In this document: piece by piece, positions 1 through 35,849 of the stretch
Layout: every line of letters starts with the position of its first letter
Numbering within the stretch: position 1 is the stretch's first letter
Assembly (NCBI RefSeq): GCF_009914755.1
Contig: NC_060943.1
From: the human T2T-CHM13v2.0 reference genome, Homo sapiens
Length of the DNA stretch: 64,000 bases
Strand: one strand, 5' to 3'
Program-made: the position numbers and the translations under genes
Notes under the pieces: generated by a model
The model's input: only the letters and a program-made list of their open reading frames with translations
Told to the model about the DNA's origin: nothing
Database searches by the model: none

Positions 1-1660
<1,660 letters not shown>

Positions 1661-1671
1661 TTCTCTGAAAT

Positions 1672-1945
1672 ACTGTCATGTCCTGGTATTCTCAGGGGAT
1701 TAGTTGCAGGCACCCCGCTCCCCACTTCAGAACATCTAAATCTGAAGATGCTCAAGTGCTTTATATAAAATGGTGTATTTTCCTAGAACCTAAGCACATC
1801 CTCTTGTACACTTTAAATCATCTCTAGGTTATCCATACTGCCTAATGCATTGTAAACGATATAAAAATAGTTGTTTCATTGTGTTATTTAGGGAATGCTG
1901 ACAAGAAAAAACATCTGTAGATGTTTAATACAGATAACCATCACA
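1672..1945 (+). mobile_element. MER2/Tigger-family DNA transposon fossil in the 3' UTR
   Basis: Matches the recalled MER2 consensus (gatgctcaagt...ataaaatgg...ctttaaatcatctctag...gacaagaaaaaa). A paralogous copy lies at about 34395-34640. Confidence 0.75.
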
Positions 1946-2199
1946 TGCCCACCTCCATAGTACAGGCCCACCTCATAGTATATGTCAGCTACAATGAAAC
2001 ATTTTCTTTTTTTTTTAAAAAACGTTTTGGATTGGTTTCATTTAATGGCCTCAAAAACACGTGTTAACATTCTCCAAATCCTTGGTTCTTCTCTCCTGAT
2101 AACCCTCATGTGATGATTGCTCTGTGGTTCCTAAAGCTGCAGTGTGTTGAGGTGCTTAGATATGTGGCAGTGTAGATAAGTCAGGGGACATCAGTTTAA

Positions 2200-2442
<243 letters not shown>

Positions 2443-2622
2443 TGATCTGCCCACCTTGACCTCCCAAAGTGCTGGGACTACAGGAATGAGCCACCCTGCC
2501 CGGCCAGAATTTTCTTTCAGGACATCAGGAGGATCCTCTGCTGGAAGAACCAACATCTGATTGCAGATGTTGCCTCTTTGGTGGAAGGTCAGTAACACAA
2601 ATCTTGGATCTGTGGTGTTTGA

Positions 2623-2972
<350 letters not shown>

Positions 2973-3370
2973 TAATTGCAGATGCTTTAGTTGGAAACGT
3001 TGTCATAGGAAAAGCTGTTTTTTCTTTCTCTTTGAATCATCAAACACATCTTGCAATGGTTTTGGCCATGTTATCTCTGGTGACCTGGAAGCGACTTTGA
3101 TATTAAGCTTCAGAGTATGCTGAAACAAGTCAAGACTTTTGGTGATGTTAGGATGGTAAGCATGTATTTTGCATGTGAGGTCATAAATTTAGGGAGCAGG
3201 TAGAAAATTATTGCTTTATTTGTCCCCTGAAATTCATATTATTATTATTTTTTTGAGAGAGTTTTGCTCTTGTTGCCTAGGCTGGAGCGCAATGGCACAA
3301 TCTTGGCTCAATGCAACCTCCACCTCCTGGTTTCAAGCGATTCTCCTGCCTCAGCCTCCCAAGTAGCTGA

Positions 3371-3535
<165 letters not shown>

Positions 3536-4324
3536 TGAAATTCATATTTTGAAACCTTACTCCCTAATGTATGGAATGAGGAGATAGGATGCCTGGGAGG
3601 TAATTAGGATTACTTGGGATCATGAGGGTAGAGTTCTCAGGAATGGGACTATAAGGTTCCCTAGAGAGCTTGCATTTGCTCTCTATTATGTGAGGACACA
3701 ATGAGATGAAAGCCTTCTTTGAACAAGGAAGCTTGCCCTTACCAGGCACTGAATCTACTATCACTTTGATCTTGGAGTTCACAATCTCCTGTATACTGAG
3801 GAGCAAATGTTAGGTGTTTAATACACCCAGCTTATGTCATTTTGTTTTAGGAGCCCCTGGTGGATAAAGCACAACCCCATTAAAAAATAGGTGAAGGAGT
3901 TGAATAGACATTTCTCTAATGAGGATGTACAAATAGACAATAATTACATAAAGAAGATGTTCAGCATCACTCATGGTTTAGGGACATGCAAATCAAGAGC
4001 AAAATGACATCTATATCCCCTCACCCTCATTAGTTTGCTTCTGTCCAAGAACAAAATAACATGCTGGCAACGATGTGGAATAATGAGGACCCTTGTACAC
4101 TATTGATGGAAATGCAAAATGTCACAACTACTTTTGAAAACTATATGGCAGGCCGGGTGCGGTGGCTCATGCCTGTAATCCCAGCACTTTGGGAGCCTGA
4201 AGTGGGCAGATCACCTGAGATTGGGAGTTGAAGACCAGCCTGACCAAGATGGAGAAACCCCATCTCTACTAAAAATACAAAAAAATTAGCCGGGCATGGT
4301 GGCCCATGCTTGTAATCCCAGCTA

Positions 4325-4702
<378 letters not shown>

Positions 4703-5153
4703 TCAAACGGAAGGGTGACCTGACAAATGCTACAGCATTGATGAACTTGGAGCACATTATGCTAAGTGAAATAGTCCATTCATATAAAGACACACCTTAT
4801 AAGGTCGAGTCACTTGATTTTTTACAACCTGTCTCCAGACATGGGCTCCTTAAACTCCAGACCCAAAATGTTTTTGCTTATATGAGGTACTCAGAGGAGT
4901 CAAATTCATAAAGAAAGTAGAATGGTGATTGTGTGGAATAGGGGAAGTGGGTAATGGAGACTTATGATTTAATGGCATAAAGTTTCAATATTGCAAGATG
5001 AAAAGGGTTCTGGAGATAGATGGTGGTGATGGCTGCACACCAATATGAACGTACTGAAAGCCAGTAATTCTACACTTAAAAATTAAGATGGGCCGGGCAC
5101 AGTGGCTCACGCTTGTAATCCCAGCACTTTGGGAGGCCGAGGTGGGTGGATCA

Positions 5154-5885
<732 letters not shown>

Positions 5886-6119
5886 TTAAAAGAGTGGGGA
5901 GCCACAGTAGTGCAAAGACCCCACTGGACCACCAACATACCAAGCAGTTCTTGGTTCAATCCCTCCTTGTCCTCAACACTGTTTTTCCATTTTCCTTGTC
6001 CATAAAGGACCTGTTTCCACATGCTTGCTTTGACTCTGATGTCACCTTTAGAGTTGATGCTCAGGCATAGCTCACTTAACTGCCTCACCTTTTCTCTCCT
6101 GATCTGGTTGTTGATGGCT

Positions 6120-7384
<1,265 letters not shown>

Positions 7385-7420
7385 GGTCCTCAGTCACTTC
7401 ACACCCATGATGTATGCTAA

Positions 7421-7729
<309 letters not shown>

Positions 7730-7899
7730 TGAGCCACCTTGCCCAGTCTAGAAGTTATAATTTTAACTTTCCCTGAAGAACACTCATAAACATAACTTAA
7801 GGATTGCAATGTTTTGTTCATGAACAAATCTTCCAGACTGTGAGAATTAAGCAAGATAAACTGAAAATAATAATAATGCGATACAGATTTTCCTAACTA

Positions 7900-11191
<3,292 letters not shown>

Positions 11192-11200
<9 letters not shown>

Positions 11201-11745
11201 GGAAGCAAAGACAGGTTACCCACTCCTCTTTTGCCTCCTCGCCTCTTGCCTCGTCGCGGGTGAGCTATGACTATCTGGGGCAGTGGTGCGCCGGGGGTAA
11301 AAGTATTTACCAAGACAATTGTAGGTAAAGGAAGGCAGGTTTATCGGAGAAAGTATGAAAATTCGTTGCGAGGCAGCAACAGGCAGGTCAGCAGAAGAGA
11401 AGCTGAATGCAGGGAAACAGGCTTGCTGAGGATTTTATGGACTGGAACTTTGGCTGATTGATAACGCCAAGGCAGCAGGGGGCTAATTTGCATTTTTCTG
11501 GCCGCTGTGGTGTTTGATAAATTGAAGCGTTTGTTGATAAGCAGGAAGTTTGAGTTATGTATGTTATCTGAGCAGGAGGGCCATATGTCCTGGGCCATAA
11601 AGCAGACCTATAACTTATCTGCCTCTTTTTGTTTATATGTCCTGGACCATGAAGAAAGGCAGATTTGTAGCTTATTTACTTTATCTCTTTGCTTTCTGCG
11701 GCTCTCGCCAGCCTGATTTTTTTCTCCCCTAATTAGGACTCTGCG
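11192..11745 (-). mobile_element. ERV1-type solo LTR (subfamily not assigned)
   Basis: The minus strand begins ...gagtcctaattaggggagaaaaaaatcaggctggc and has an internal tandem repeat (atgg.ccaggacatat). Homology to the inverted paralog stops at its edge. Confidence 0.5.
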
Positions 11746-11969
11746 TGCCTGATTGCTTTTCTCTGCCTTCCTTACTTGCAACTCCCAAGGTCATGTGTCC
11801 GTGAGAGTGGACCTAACTCAGCCGCTAACTCAGCCTCGAGCTACACAAAAAAGGGACTGGACTGGGCTAAGGCTTCAAAAAAGGGTGGGCCTTGGGTAAG
11901 ATGTTCCAGCTGGTCCAGCACCCTCCTGTCCCATTTCCCAGGCCCTGGCAGTCCAGAATTGAGTAAAAC

Positions 11970-12382
11970 ATACTGAGATAACCCTCCACTGGTGAACCTG
12001 GAGGAAGATCCATCCTGTAGGAGGTGAGAGCCTGGGAAAGGACATCACTATGGAGGGAACTGAAGTTGGGGTGGAGGTCGGTGGATGGGGTATTGGAAGT
12101 GGCTTGAGACCAGGAGATGAGTTTAAAGTCCTCAGGTGCCTGTGGGTAAAGTTCTGACAAAGGAACCAGGAAGAAATAAGAGTCAGATGATGAAAAGGAT
12201 CAGGACTGGGGGAAAAAACAAGGACCCAACCTGGTGATCGGGATTAAACAATTATTCTGGGCAGGCAAGGGCAAGAAATAGATAATAAACTGGAAAAAGA
12301 AATCGCTGGTGTAGGAGGGATATCAGCTGAGAAGAGTTGGTCCAAGGCTCTTGGTCTACACTCCACATCCTGTGGGGTGCAC
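11970..12382 (-). pseudogene. Tentative further MAN2B1-like exon remnants
   Basis: ccaccag|GTGCAC (VH..., then GCGV, cf. VHRRLLKDDGRGVS) starts at 12382. Acceptor-like ttttttcccccag near 12205. tcctttcccag near 12031 is followed by SYRMD...FLQVHQWR (cf. PYQLD...FLASVQWK). Heavily deleted. Confidence 0.35.
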
Positions 12383-12621
12383 CTGGTGGGCAACTAGGAG
12401 AGAAGAAGGGCCCGACGTCCAGTAAGGGAATCAGAATGTGAATGCCGTATTGCTGTGGGGAAGGATCACAGGCCACCTGGAGCCACCTAAGTGAAAACCA
12501 GGGTCAGTGCCTGGGGATGGAAGGATCTGAATGGAAACTCACTTAAGGCCAGGTGGGGTGACCTGAGTAGCAAACAGGTAAAAGTTGGGTAGGAGGACCT
12601 GATTTGGATGGGGCTGCTCAC

Positions 12622-13632
<1,011 letters not shown>

Positions 13633-13886
13633 CAGTGGGCACAAGAGGATGGGGGGATGGGCTGGAGTAAGCCCTACCCAGAGCAGGAGGGAGCCCCACA
13701 CAGTTCTCCCTCAGCTGTTAACTTCCTAGAGACCCACCTCACAGTCAAGAGCACCAACGGGCACTCCTCCCTCCACTCCCCTTACTGGGGCACCAGTTTC
13801 TTTCCACCCCAGGTGTTCACTATCCCCGTTATTTCAATTCTCATGGCTCACAGGAAGAAATAGGTATATTGTACTGAGATTTTTCT

Positions 13887-15345
<1,459 letters not shown>

Positions 15346-15419
15346 TTACCCGCTGGTCCTTGGTAATCTTGCCCCACCCTAGTGCTTCTTCTCTCTCAGC
15401 CACCCCTGATGGAATCCTG

Positions 15420-20980
<5,561 letters not shown>

Positions 20981-21849
20981 ATAAAATACGAGGAATTCCT
21001 TATGTTTTCAAAATCAGTGTCTAGTTTCTTGGCTTTTGATTGGAAACTTTTATTAACACTTAAAGGAGGGAGCATAGCCACACTCTGCAGAGGGGACAAG
21101 AGGGCAAGTTGAACTCCCAGAGCTGAATCCTTATGTATCTTGCCTCATCACCATGACTTGGTAATGAGGCAGGGACACTCTGGGGACCCATTTCTTTTTC
21201 TTATCTTTTTTCTTTTTTGAGACAGAGTTTTGCTCTTTCGCCCAGGCTGGAGTGAAGTGGCACAATCTTGGCTCACTGCAACCTCTGTCCGCTCCCCCCG
21301 CCGCCCCACCCCGGGTTCAAGCGATTCTCCTGCCTCAGCCTCCTGAGTAGCTGGGATTACAGGCGCCCACCATCATGCCTGGCTAATTTTTGTATTTTTA
21401 GTAGAGACGGGGTTTCACCGTATTGGCAAGGTTTGTCTCGAACTCCTGACCTCAGGTGATCCATCCGCATTGGCCTCCCAAAATGCTGGGATTACAGGTG
21501 TGAGCCACCGCACCCGGCCTCTGGGGACCCATTTCAACAGTCTGGCACCCATGGTTGGGAATATGTTTAACCTCTAAATTGGGGTTTTCCTGCTGAACTG
21601 CGTCTGAAAGACTGCTTCTCTGAGCTAGCTCATGTTTTTGCTTTTTCTCTCTATTGATTCCTTTATAGAATATTGCTGTCATATAAGTCCAGCTTTTCCG
21701 TGAATTTAACAGTTTTATCCTGTTATCGATGTGTTTTTATTTTCTTGAAAATAAGCAGATTGAGACATCAGATGGGAGAAAGGCTTGACTATGTCGCCAG
21801 CAGCCTCATGCCAAATTCCTGATTCCTGGAGGACAGAGCCCCCCTCCTG

Positions 21850-22760
21850 CTCCAAGGCCAGGAGATGGCGCCACTGGACAGTGAGTCTGGGATTCCTAGC
21901 ACACACTTGTGATTGCTGGTCCAGGAAAAAGAAGCAGGAAGGGCCATTAGTACAATCAGTCAGGAAATTCTGCTTAAGTGCACATTTCTCCCCAGGAGAG
22001 TCGGGTCACTGCACTGGGAGGAAGCCCGCCTGCCAAGGGCTGTGTCTGGAACCTGTTCATCGCGCTCCACTCAGCACAGTGAGATCGCCTCTTCTGTTAC
22101 TCGGTCTCCAGGGGGCGGGACCTGGAGCCGTATCCAATCAGGGCCATGGGGTGGGGTCGTGAGAACTGTGGATCAGGCGCACTGCAGGGAGGTGGGTGCG
22201 CGGCATCTTCACCCCTCTAAATGCGGCTCCTACTCTGTAGCTGACAGACACCCACAGACGTGTCTGTAGCATCCTCTGTCACACTGGGACCCGTACTGGC
22301 AGCAGGAGCCGTAGGGAGGACTGGGACACCTGGAAGCCAGGAATTGGTGAGTGTGCGGGGCTGAGGGTCCCGAGACTAGGATGGGACTGGTTGGAACCGG
22401 CAGGAATAGACCGTGGCGGGACCCGGGCCTCTTCGTAGTTGACTCTGGGTTCTGAGACCCAAGTCCCCCTGGCGCACCTCGGCCCTGGTTCCTCTCAGGC
22501 CGCAGGGTGGGGCTGCGACGGCAGCCGAGACCCCTAGCCGTCCGGTCCAGTCCCTGTGCAACTGACTGTGGCCCCAGGCCCAGCGCCCTCTCTGGTCAGC
22601 TCCGCGCCCGCTGCCCCAGTCACGCCCGCTGCCTCCGTGTCTCCCCAGATTGTACGGGGGCCACTAGAGGGTCATGGGGGAAATCCTGCCTCGAGTATGG
22701 GGTTCGTGTGAGAGGAGCTGTAGGCTGTGGGGTCCCCAGTTCCCTCTTTCTCACCAGGGG
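21850..22760 (+). promoter_or_regulatory. ZNF833P: KRAB-ZNF-type promoter, exon 1 and GC-rich start of intron 1; initiator mutated to TTG
   Basis: GC box (ggggcggg, about 22112), CCAAT (about 22134) and a second GC/GT box. Exon 1 ends ggaagccaggaaTTG|gtgagt (TTG 22344-22346), where the paralog at 42971 has ggaaaATG|gtgagc. Confidence 0.8.
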
Positions 22761-23488
22761 CTTTTGTATTTTATCTGAGTTTCCCAAATATACGCGAAGC
22801 AGGGTCTCAAATCCGCGACTGTGGTCCCTAGGCTACCTTCTCCTAAGGCTGGCAGCAAATTTGGGATTTCCTGATCCCTTTCCGCATTTTATAACACGGA
22901 TTTCCTTTAGTTCACAACAGTATCACTTCTTCGTCCTCCAGGCTATGTTTCAAACACAGGCAGTATTTTAATCGTCATTTTTTTAGAGGGCAGTATATGG
23001 CCGTTTTAAAAATATTTGTTTTGTGTTTGTGAACGTTTCAGAGAAAAACCACCTGACACTCCGCTGTAAACAATCTTTGTGTCTCTTTTTATCTGCCCTA
23101 GGCACAGACACCTTCTGAGAATGTCTTGGGTTGAGATTCCCCTTTGGAAACTTTACAGTGATGCGACCTCAGCCCACCCTCTGCCTTTTCCTGATCCTGG
23201 GTTTCAGGACTACCTGGGGCTGGCCCAAGATGCCTACAGCTGCCAAGTCTCTTGGGAAAGTCTAGTGAATATCAGCCCCTAGGTCGTTCCTCCCAAAGAG
23301 CCTGAGGTGTGGCGGTGAGGCCTCCCCAGGGAGCAGCTGGATGCTATGGGGTGGGACCAGTCTCCTATATCATTATTGTAAAAAACTAATCCCTTGGGAC
23401 ACGCCTTTTCTTCTCCAACCCGTTTCCATTCCTTGGGGACACATGGCTAGTCAGCCAATCAAATTCTGGTATGGAGGAAACCAAATTA

Positions 23489-23983
<495 letters not shown>

Positions 23984-24051
23984 TCAGGTCAGCACTGCCC
24001 CTCCCTGGGTTTATCACCTTGAAAAAATTGGTTTACTCATTTCAGCTTCAG

Positions 24052-24350
<299 letters not shown>

Positions 24351-24361
24351 ATCAGCTTCAG

Positions 24362-26102
24362 TTTTTTTTTTTTTTTTCTTTTAGGATTGCTTTTATGAGC
24401 TAGGCATATTTGTATGGGAAGGGGGAATTTTTTTTTCTTTTTTTAGTATTTATTTATCATTCTTGGGTGTTTCTCGGAGAGGGGGATTTGGCAGGGTCAT
24501 AGGACAATAGTGGAGGGAAGGTCGGCAGATAAACAGTTGTGAACAAGGGTCTCTGGTTTTCCTAGGCAGAGGATCCTGCGGCCTTCTGCAGTGTTTGTGT
24601 TCCTGGGTACTTGAGATTGGGGAGTGGTGATGACTCTTAACGAGCATGCTGCCTTGAAGCATCTGTTTAACAAAGCGCATCTTGCACTGCCCTTAATCCA
24701 TTTAAACCTGAGTGGACACAGCACATGTTTCAGAGAGCACGGGGTTGGGGGTAAGGTTATAGATAACAGCATCCCAAGGCAGAAGAATTTTTCTTAGTAT
24801 AGAACAAAATGGAGTCTCCTATGTCTACTACTATCTACACAGACACAGTAACAATCTTATCTTTCTTTTCCCCACATTTCCCCCTTTTCTATTCGACAAA
24901 ACTGCCATCGTCATCATGGCCCGTTCTCAGTGAGCTGTTGGGTACACCTCCCAGACGGGGTGGAGGCCAGGCGGAGGCGCCCCCCCACCTCCCAGACGGG
25001 GCGGCTGGCCAGGCGGGGGCTGCCCCCCACCTCCCTTCCTCCTGGACAGGGCAGCTGGCTGGTCGGGGGCTGCCCCCCACCTCCCTCCCGGACGGGGCAG
25101 CTGCCGGGCGGAGACCCTCCTCACTTCCCAGACGGGGCAGCTGCCAGGCAGAGGGGCTCCTCACTTTCCCAGACAGGGCAGCTGCTGGGCGGAGGGGCTC
25201 CTCACTTCTCAGACGGGGTGGCCAGGCAGAGACGCTCGTCACCTCCCAGACGGGGTGGTGGTCAGGCAGAGACACTCCTCAGTTCCCAGACGGGGTCACG
25301 GCCGGGTAGAGGCGCTCCTCACATCCTAGACAGGGCAGTGGGGCAGAGGCGCTCCCCACATCTCAGACGATGGGCGGCAAGGCAGAGACGCTCCTCACTT
25401 CCTAGATGGGATGGCGCCGGGAAGAGGCGCTCCTCACTTCCCAGACTGGGCGGCAGGGCAGAGGCGCTCCTCACATCCCAGACCATGGGCGGCCAGGCAG
25501 AGACACTCCTCACTTCCTAGATGGGATGGTGGCCGGGAAGAGGCGCTCCTCACTTCCCAGACTGGGCAGCCGGGCAGAGGGGCTCCTCGCATCCCAGATG
25601 ATGGGCGGCCAGGCAGAGACGCTCCTCACTTCCCAGACGGGGTGGCGGCCGGGCAGAGGCTGCAATCTCGGCACTTTGGGAGGCCAAGGCAGGCGGCTGG
25701 GAGGTGGAGGTTGTAGCAAGCCCAGGTCACGCCACTGCACTCCAGCCTGGGCAAGATTGAGCACTGCGTGAGCGAGACTCCGTCTGCAATCCCGGCACCT
25801 CGGGAGGCCAAGGCGGGCAGATCACTCGCGGTCAGGAGCTGGAGACCAGCCCAGCCAACACGGCGAAACCCCGTCTCCACCAAAAAATACAAAAACCAGT
25901 CAGGCGTGGTGGCGCACGCCTGCAATCCCAGGCACTCGGCAGTCTGAGGCAGGAGAATGAGGCAGGGAGGTTGCAGTGAGCCGAGATGGCGGCAGTACAG
26001 TCCAGCCTCGGCTCGGCATCAGAGGGAGACCATGGAAAGTGGGAGACGAGGGAGAGGCTCAGCATCAGAGGGAGACCGTGGAAAGTGGGAGACGAGGGAG
26101 AG
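24362..26102 (-). mobile_element. SVA (older, A/B-like), lacking the hexamer, with a 3' transduction
   Basis: SINE-R about 24447-24940, VNTR about 24940-25660, Alu-like domain to about 26010. TSD cagcttcagttttt at 24353 and 26103. Confidence 0.92.
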
Positions 26103-26639
26103 CAGCTTCAGTTTTTTAATAACTGTAAAATGCACTATATTATTAGAGATGGATGGAGAAGTTAAAGTATTTCCAAACATGCCAGAAGAAGGTAGGTTTT
26201 GGTAGGTTTTAGGAAAAAAAAAGTCTAGTCTTGTATTCCCTTATAAAAATTCTTATTTTTCTTCCCAGAGCCTGGGTAGTAAGTTTCTCAGCTCCTTTTT
26301 CTATTGGGTGATTTCAAATGGAATTCTAGGCCTTAGCATGAAAATACTACCAGGGAAAAGAAATAGGGAAAAAAACCTCTCTTCCATTTTGGTTACAGAA
26401 AAAATGAGTTGTTTTCAAAAGAAAGTGTGGTGGATTATACTGGTGAATTACAAAGATGTTCCATAACCTCAGTTCTTCTCCTTCTCAGGTTGAAGAATTT
26501 GTGACCGTGGATAAGTTCGTTTCCTGTTATGTGAACTTGGCAGATTAATGCTAAATCCTGTGGGACAGCATTTAGCAACACCTAAAAAAGTACTCAATTA
26601 TGATTTTTTGTGTACTAAATGATTATGGAAATACTAATT

Positions 26640-28960
<2,321 letters not shown>

Positions 28961-30660
28961 CTTTTGCTTTTTTCTGTTTTGTTTGTGGAGTAGATTTTTC
29001 TCCATCCCTTTACTTTGAGCCTAAGGGTGCCATTGCATGTGAGATGGGTCTCTTGAAGACAGCATACCATTGGATCTTGCTTTTTTATCCAAGTCACCAC
29101 TGTGCCTTTTAATTGGGGCATTTAGCCTGCTTACATTCAAGGTTAGTATTTATATGTGTAGATTTGATCCTATCATGTTGTTAGCTGGTTATTATGCAGA
29201 CTTGTTTGTGTGGTTGTTTTATAGTGTCACTGGTCTATGTATTTAAGTGTGCTTTTGTGGTGGCTGGTAATGGTTTTTTCTTTCCATATTTAGCACTCCC
29301 TTCAGGACCTCTTGTACAGATGTTCTCTTTCATTGTAATCACACAGGATGGGCTATGTCACCCAAATAACATGTGGTGGTGATTAACATGTGAAATGTTA
29401 CCTGCCAGGGTCACGCATTACAGACTCTGTGCCCAGAGTATTTTTTCATGGCTCTTGTTTTCTGTTAGTTGTAATAGAATACCTGAAATTTGGCTGGGCG
29501 CGGTGGCTCGTGCCTGTAATCCCAACACTTTGGGAGGCTGAGGCAGGTGGATCATTTGAGACCAGGAGTTTGTGACCAGCTCAGCCAACATGGTGAAACC
29601 CCATCTCTACTGAAATATAAAAACAAAGCCGGGCATGGTCATGCATGCCTGTAATCCCAGCTACTTGGGAGGCTGAAGCATGGGAATTACTTGAACTGGG
29701 AGGTCGAGGCTGCAGTGAGCCAAGATTGCCCCCCCTGCATTCCAGCCTGTGCAACAGAGCAAGACTGTTTCCAAAAACAAAAAAAAACAAAAAACCCTGA
29801 ATTTGGGTTAATATATAAAAAATACTTATTTTGTACAATTCTCAAAGTTTGGAAATCCAAGGGCAAATGGGGTACATCTGGTGAAAGCTTCTTGCTCTTT
29901 ACTGTCTGAGGCAGTGGAGATCACTAGGCACGGGGGCTGATTGTGCTAACTCTGGTCTCTTTCTCTTCTTACAAGGCCACAAGTCTTATTTGTAGGATAA
30001 CCCATTCATTCATTACCTCTTCAATTCGTCAGTGGATTAATCCATTCATGAGGCAGAGCCCTCATGCCTCTTAAAGGGCCCTGCTTTCAGTACTGACACA
30101 TTGGGGATCAAATTTCGTTATGAGTTTTGGAAGGGGAAATTATTCACACTTAGCAAGGGCTGATTAGGTACACTGCTTCTGCTGAAAATACCACACTCTC
30201 AGAGGGAAAATGGGAATTAGGCAAATACCATATTGTTTGCATAAGTAGTTAAGGCACACACAACCCCATTTATTAGTTATGTTGGTGCAGATCTTCCCAA
30301 ATCTAGCCCCTAGATACCATCAAAGTTCAACTTTCTAAATAAACGTGTAAGAATATGCAGTCTCAGAACTGCTAATTTGTCTCTTATAGACAGTATGTTT
30401 GGGACTTTCTCATGAGAGGTAATACTGACCCACTATACAGAGAGACACTAGAGGTGATCCAGGCAGCATATCTCAGTCTCTGAAATCACCAATGAGAGGC
30501 ATGTCCTTGTTGGCTGTCACTTTACTGAATATATTCAATTCTAGCATCAGAATTGCTGTGATGGAGAAAGTGAGTGTAGACAGAAGACAAGAGGCTGACC
30601 AAGTCATTGAATAAATTTTTGGAGTCCACAGCATCGTGTGAACTTCTGAAGTGAGTATAG

Positions 30661-30876
<216 letters not shown>

Positions 30877-30936
30877 TAGAACAAGTGTTTCTTGGTCTTC
30901 TGCATTGCTCAATGATTTGGAACATGGTAGGGAATA

Positions 30937-32161
<1,225 letters not shown>

Positions 32162-32273
32162 AACTTTGGTGAATAAATCAGCCATGGCCACAGTGTCCCA
32201 TGAACATAGAATCTAATAATTTTTCTATAATTTTGTAATAACTTATGATGACTTTTATGGGTCTGCATTTTAG

Positions 32274-32334
32274 GAATAAAATGTGAAGACCAGATCATTG
32301 AAGATCAGTACAATAATTCCAAAAGAAATCTAAG
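32274..32334 (+). pseudogene. ZNF833P: 61-bp second KRAB exon
   Basis: cattttag|GAATAAAATGT...CTAAG|gtcatt; reads GIKCEDQIIEDQYNNSKRNLR in frame with KRAB-A; the donor is weak. Confidence 0.88.
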
Positions 32335-33045
32335 GTCATTTGCACTTACAACCTAGAGCTATGTCCCTTAAGATATTGTTAGAATGACAACAAATGTTAA
32401 AAGCAAGCAAAGAAAATGAAGCAGCCCAGCTTCAAATTCATTCATTTTTAGAAAAAATTTTCCAGGCTGGGCATGGTGGCTCACACCTGTAATCCCAGCA
32501 CTTTGGGAGGTCAAGGGAGGCAGATTGCTTGAGCCCAGGAGTTCAAGACCAGCCTGGGCAACATGGTGAAACTCCATCTGTACAAAAATCTAAAAGTTAG
32601 CCAGGCATGGTGGCATGCACCTGAGGTCCCAGCTACTAGGGAGGTTAAGGTGGGAGGATGGCTTGAACCCAGGAGGTCAAGGCTGTGATGAATCGTGAAC
32701 ATGCCACTGTACTTCAGCCTGGGTGACAGAGTGAGACCTTGTCTCCAAAAAAAAAAAATAACTATTTTCCAAAAACAATATACTTACACAAGACATAAAT
32801 ATCCAGTGTTTTCAAAATAGTTGCCTTGGAGCCAGTGTTAAGAAATTGATTATGAATATCAATGTTTTGATAATAAGTGTAATGCAGCCCTTTTGCAGAG
32901 TATTCAGTCCATTGATGTTTACACAGTTCAGACAAGCCAGAAAACCTACTTTCCATCATAATGCAAAATATGTAAATCAAATACCTACTAATGAATATAA
33001 AATCATTTATAAACCAGCCCTTGGTATTGTGCTTATTTCTCACAG

Positions 33046-34735
<1,690 letters not shown>

Positions 34736-35029
34736 TTAACCTTCTGTAAAACCCTGGTTATTTTCTCCTGGTAGCCCACACATGATGATGATGAGGATGA
34801 TGGTGATTGCTCTGTGGTGCCTAAAGTTGCAACATGTTGAGGTGCCAAGATATGTGGCAGTGTCGATAAGCAATGAGATGTCAATTAAACTAGAATCATC
34901 TGACAGGACATTAGAAGTATCATCTATGTTGGAGGTACCAACTTCTGACTGCAGATGTTGACTCTTTCATCAATAATACAAATGTTGGATCTACGGAATT
35001 TGAGGGTCAAAGATATTTAAGCATTGATG

Positions 35030-35700
35030 GTCCCACAGATTCTAGTTGGGGACATTATCAAGGATGCAGTTTACCCAGAGCGATTAACCCTAGTGGAGGA
35101 GCTAGATTAGGAAAGTTTCTGGGGTCATGGTTAAGTCTAGGTTCTACTTGGAATGGATATCTAACCAGAAATCTTTCTTGTATCATTAGTAGAGTTGCCC
35201 ATTTCACCACCGAAGCCATCAGGACACAAGAGAAGTCTCTAGGTTCCCTTGCCTGCATGGCCCTAGACAACCACATTGCAGCTATCTCCCTACTTTACAG
35301 GGTAGTGTCTGTGCTAACCCTTGCTTCTGCATCTGGGTAAAATACTTCCAGTCAGACTGAATTGGGAACATATAAGATCTTAAAACCAGCCAAATCTCTG
35401 AAAGGGACACCTTCAGAAACCCTCCTGTCTAGACTTACTGGGTTACATTTCCAATTTCCAGATATTTTCAGCTGGCTCTTCCCCTGGTATAGGATTTCTT
35501 CTCCATTCTGCCCTACAAGTCTCAATGATCCTATTTAAAATATGCATTTGGCTCCTCTTTAAAATTGTTCTATCTTGTTTCAACAGATGCCTCCAAGAGA
35601 CCCCCACTAGGTTCTTGCTGACCTAATACTTGAGATTTTAAACTCACTCCAGCTGGCCACTGAAACCAACTTAACCCAAGAGATTTTGGCTAAAATTTAA
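35030..35700 (+). mobile_element. Degenerate ERV env (TM subunit) fragment
   Basis: Translates ...TEAIRTQEKSLGSLACMALDNHIA... then QGSVCANPCFCIWV, resembling the immunosuppressive domain and CX6CC region of gamma-type TM. Confidence 0.65.
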
Positions 35701-35849
35701 CAGGTTCCTGAGAACCTCTTATAAGTAAATGGCTATAGTTGCCCAACTGGCCACTGCCCTGCCATTAGGATCCCTGCATGGGATGGACCCACAGCAGGTC
35801 ACTGGTACCATGATAGAACACACACAAAAACTTATGAATGCTGTCTGTG

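Noticed and set aside
11770-11830. LPRSCVRESGP resembling the vomeronasal V2R cysteine-rich motif
   Set aside because: Too short, and no other V2R-like sequence was found nearby.
13800-13870. Possible further upstream MAN2B1-like exon (cctgtgagcc on the minus strand)
   Set aside because: Only about 10 matching bases next to the retrocopy insertion.
21288-21315. C-rich expansion in an Alu that could form a G-quadruplex upstream of the ZNF833P promoter
   Set aside because: A local slippage mutation with irregular G-runs and no evidence of function.
24809-26205. Overlapping GC-rich ORFs up to 196 aa and regularly spaced repeats
   Set aside because: SVA VNTR and Alu-like domain; not coding and not a CRISPR array.
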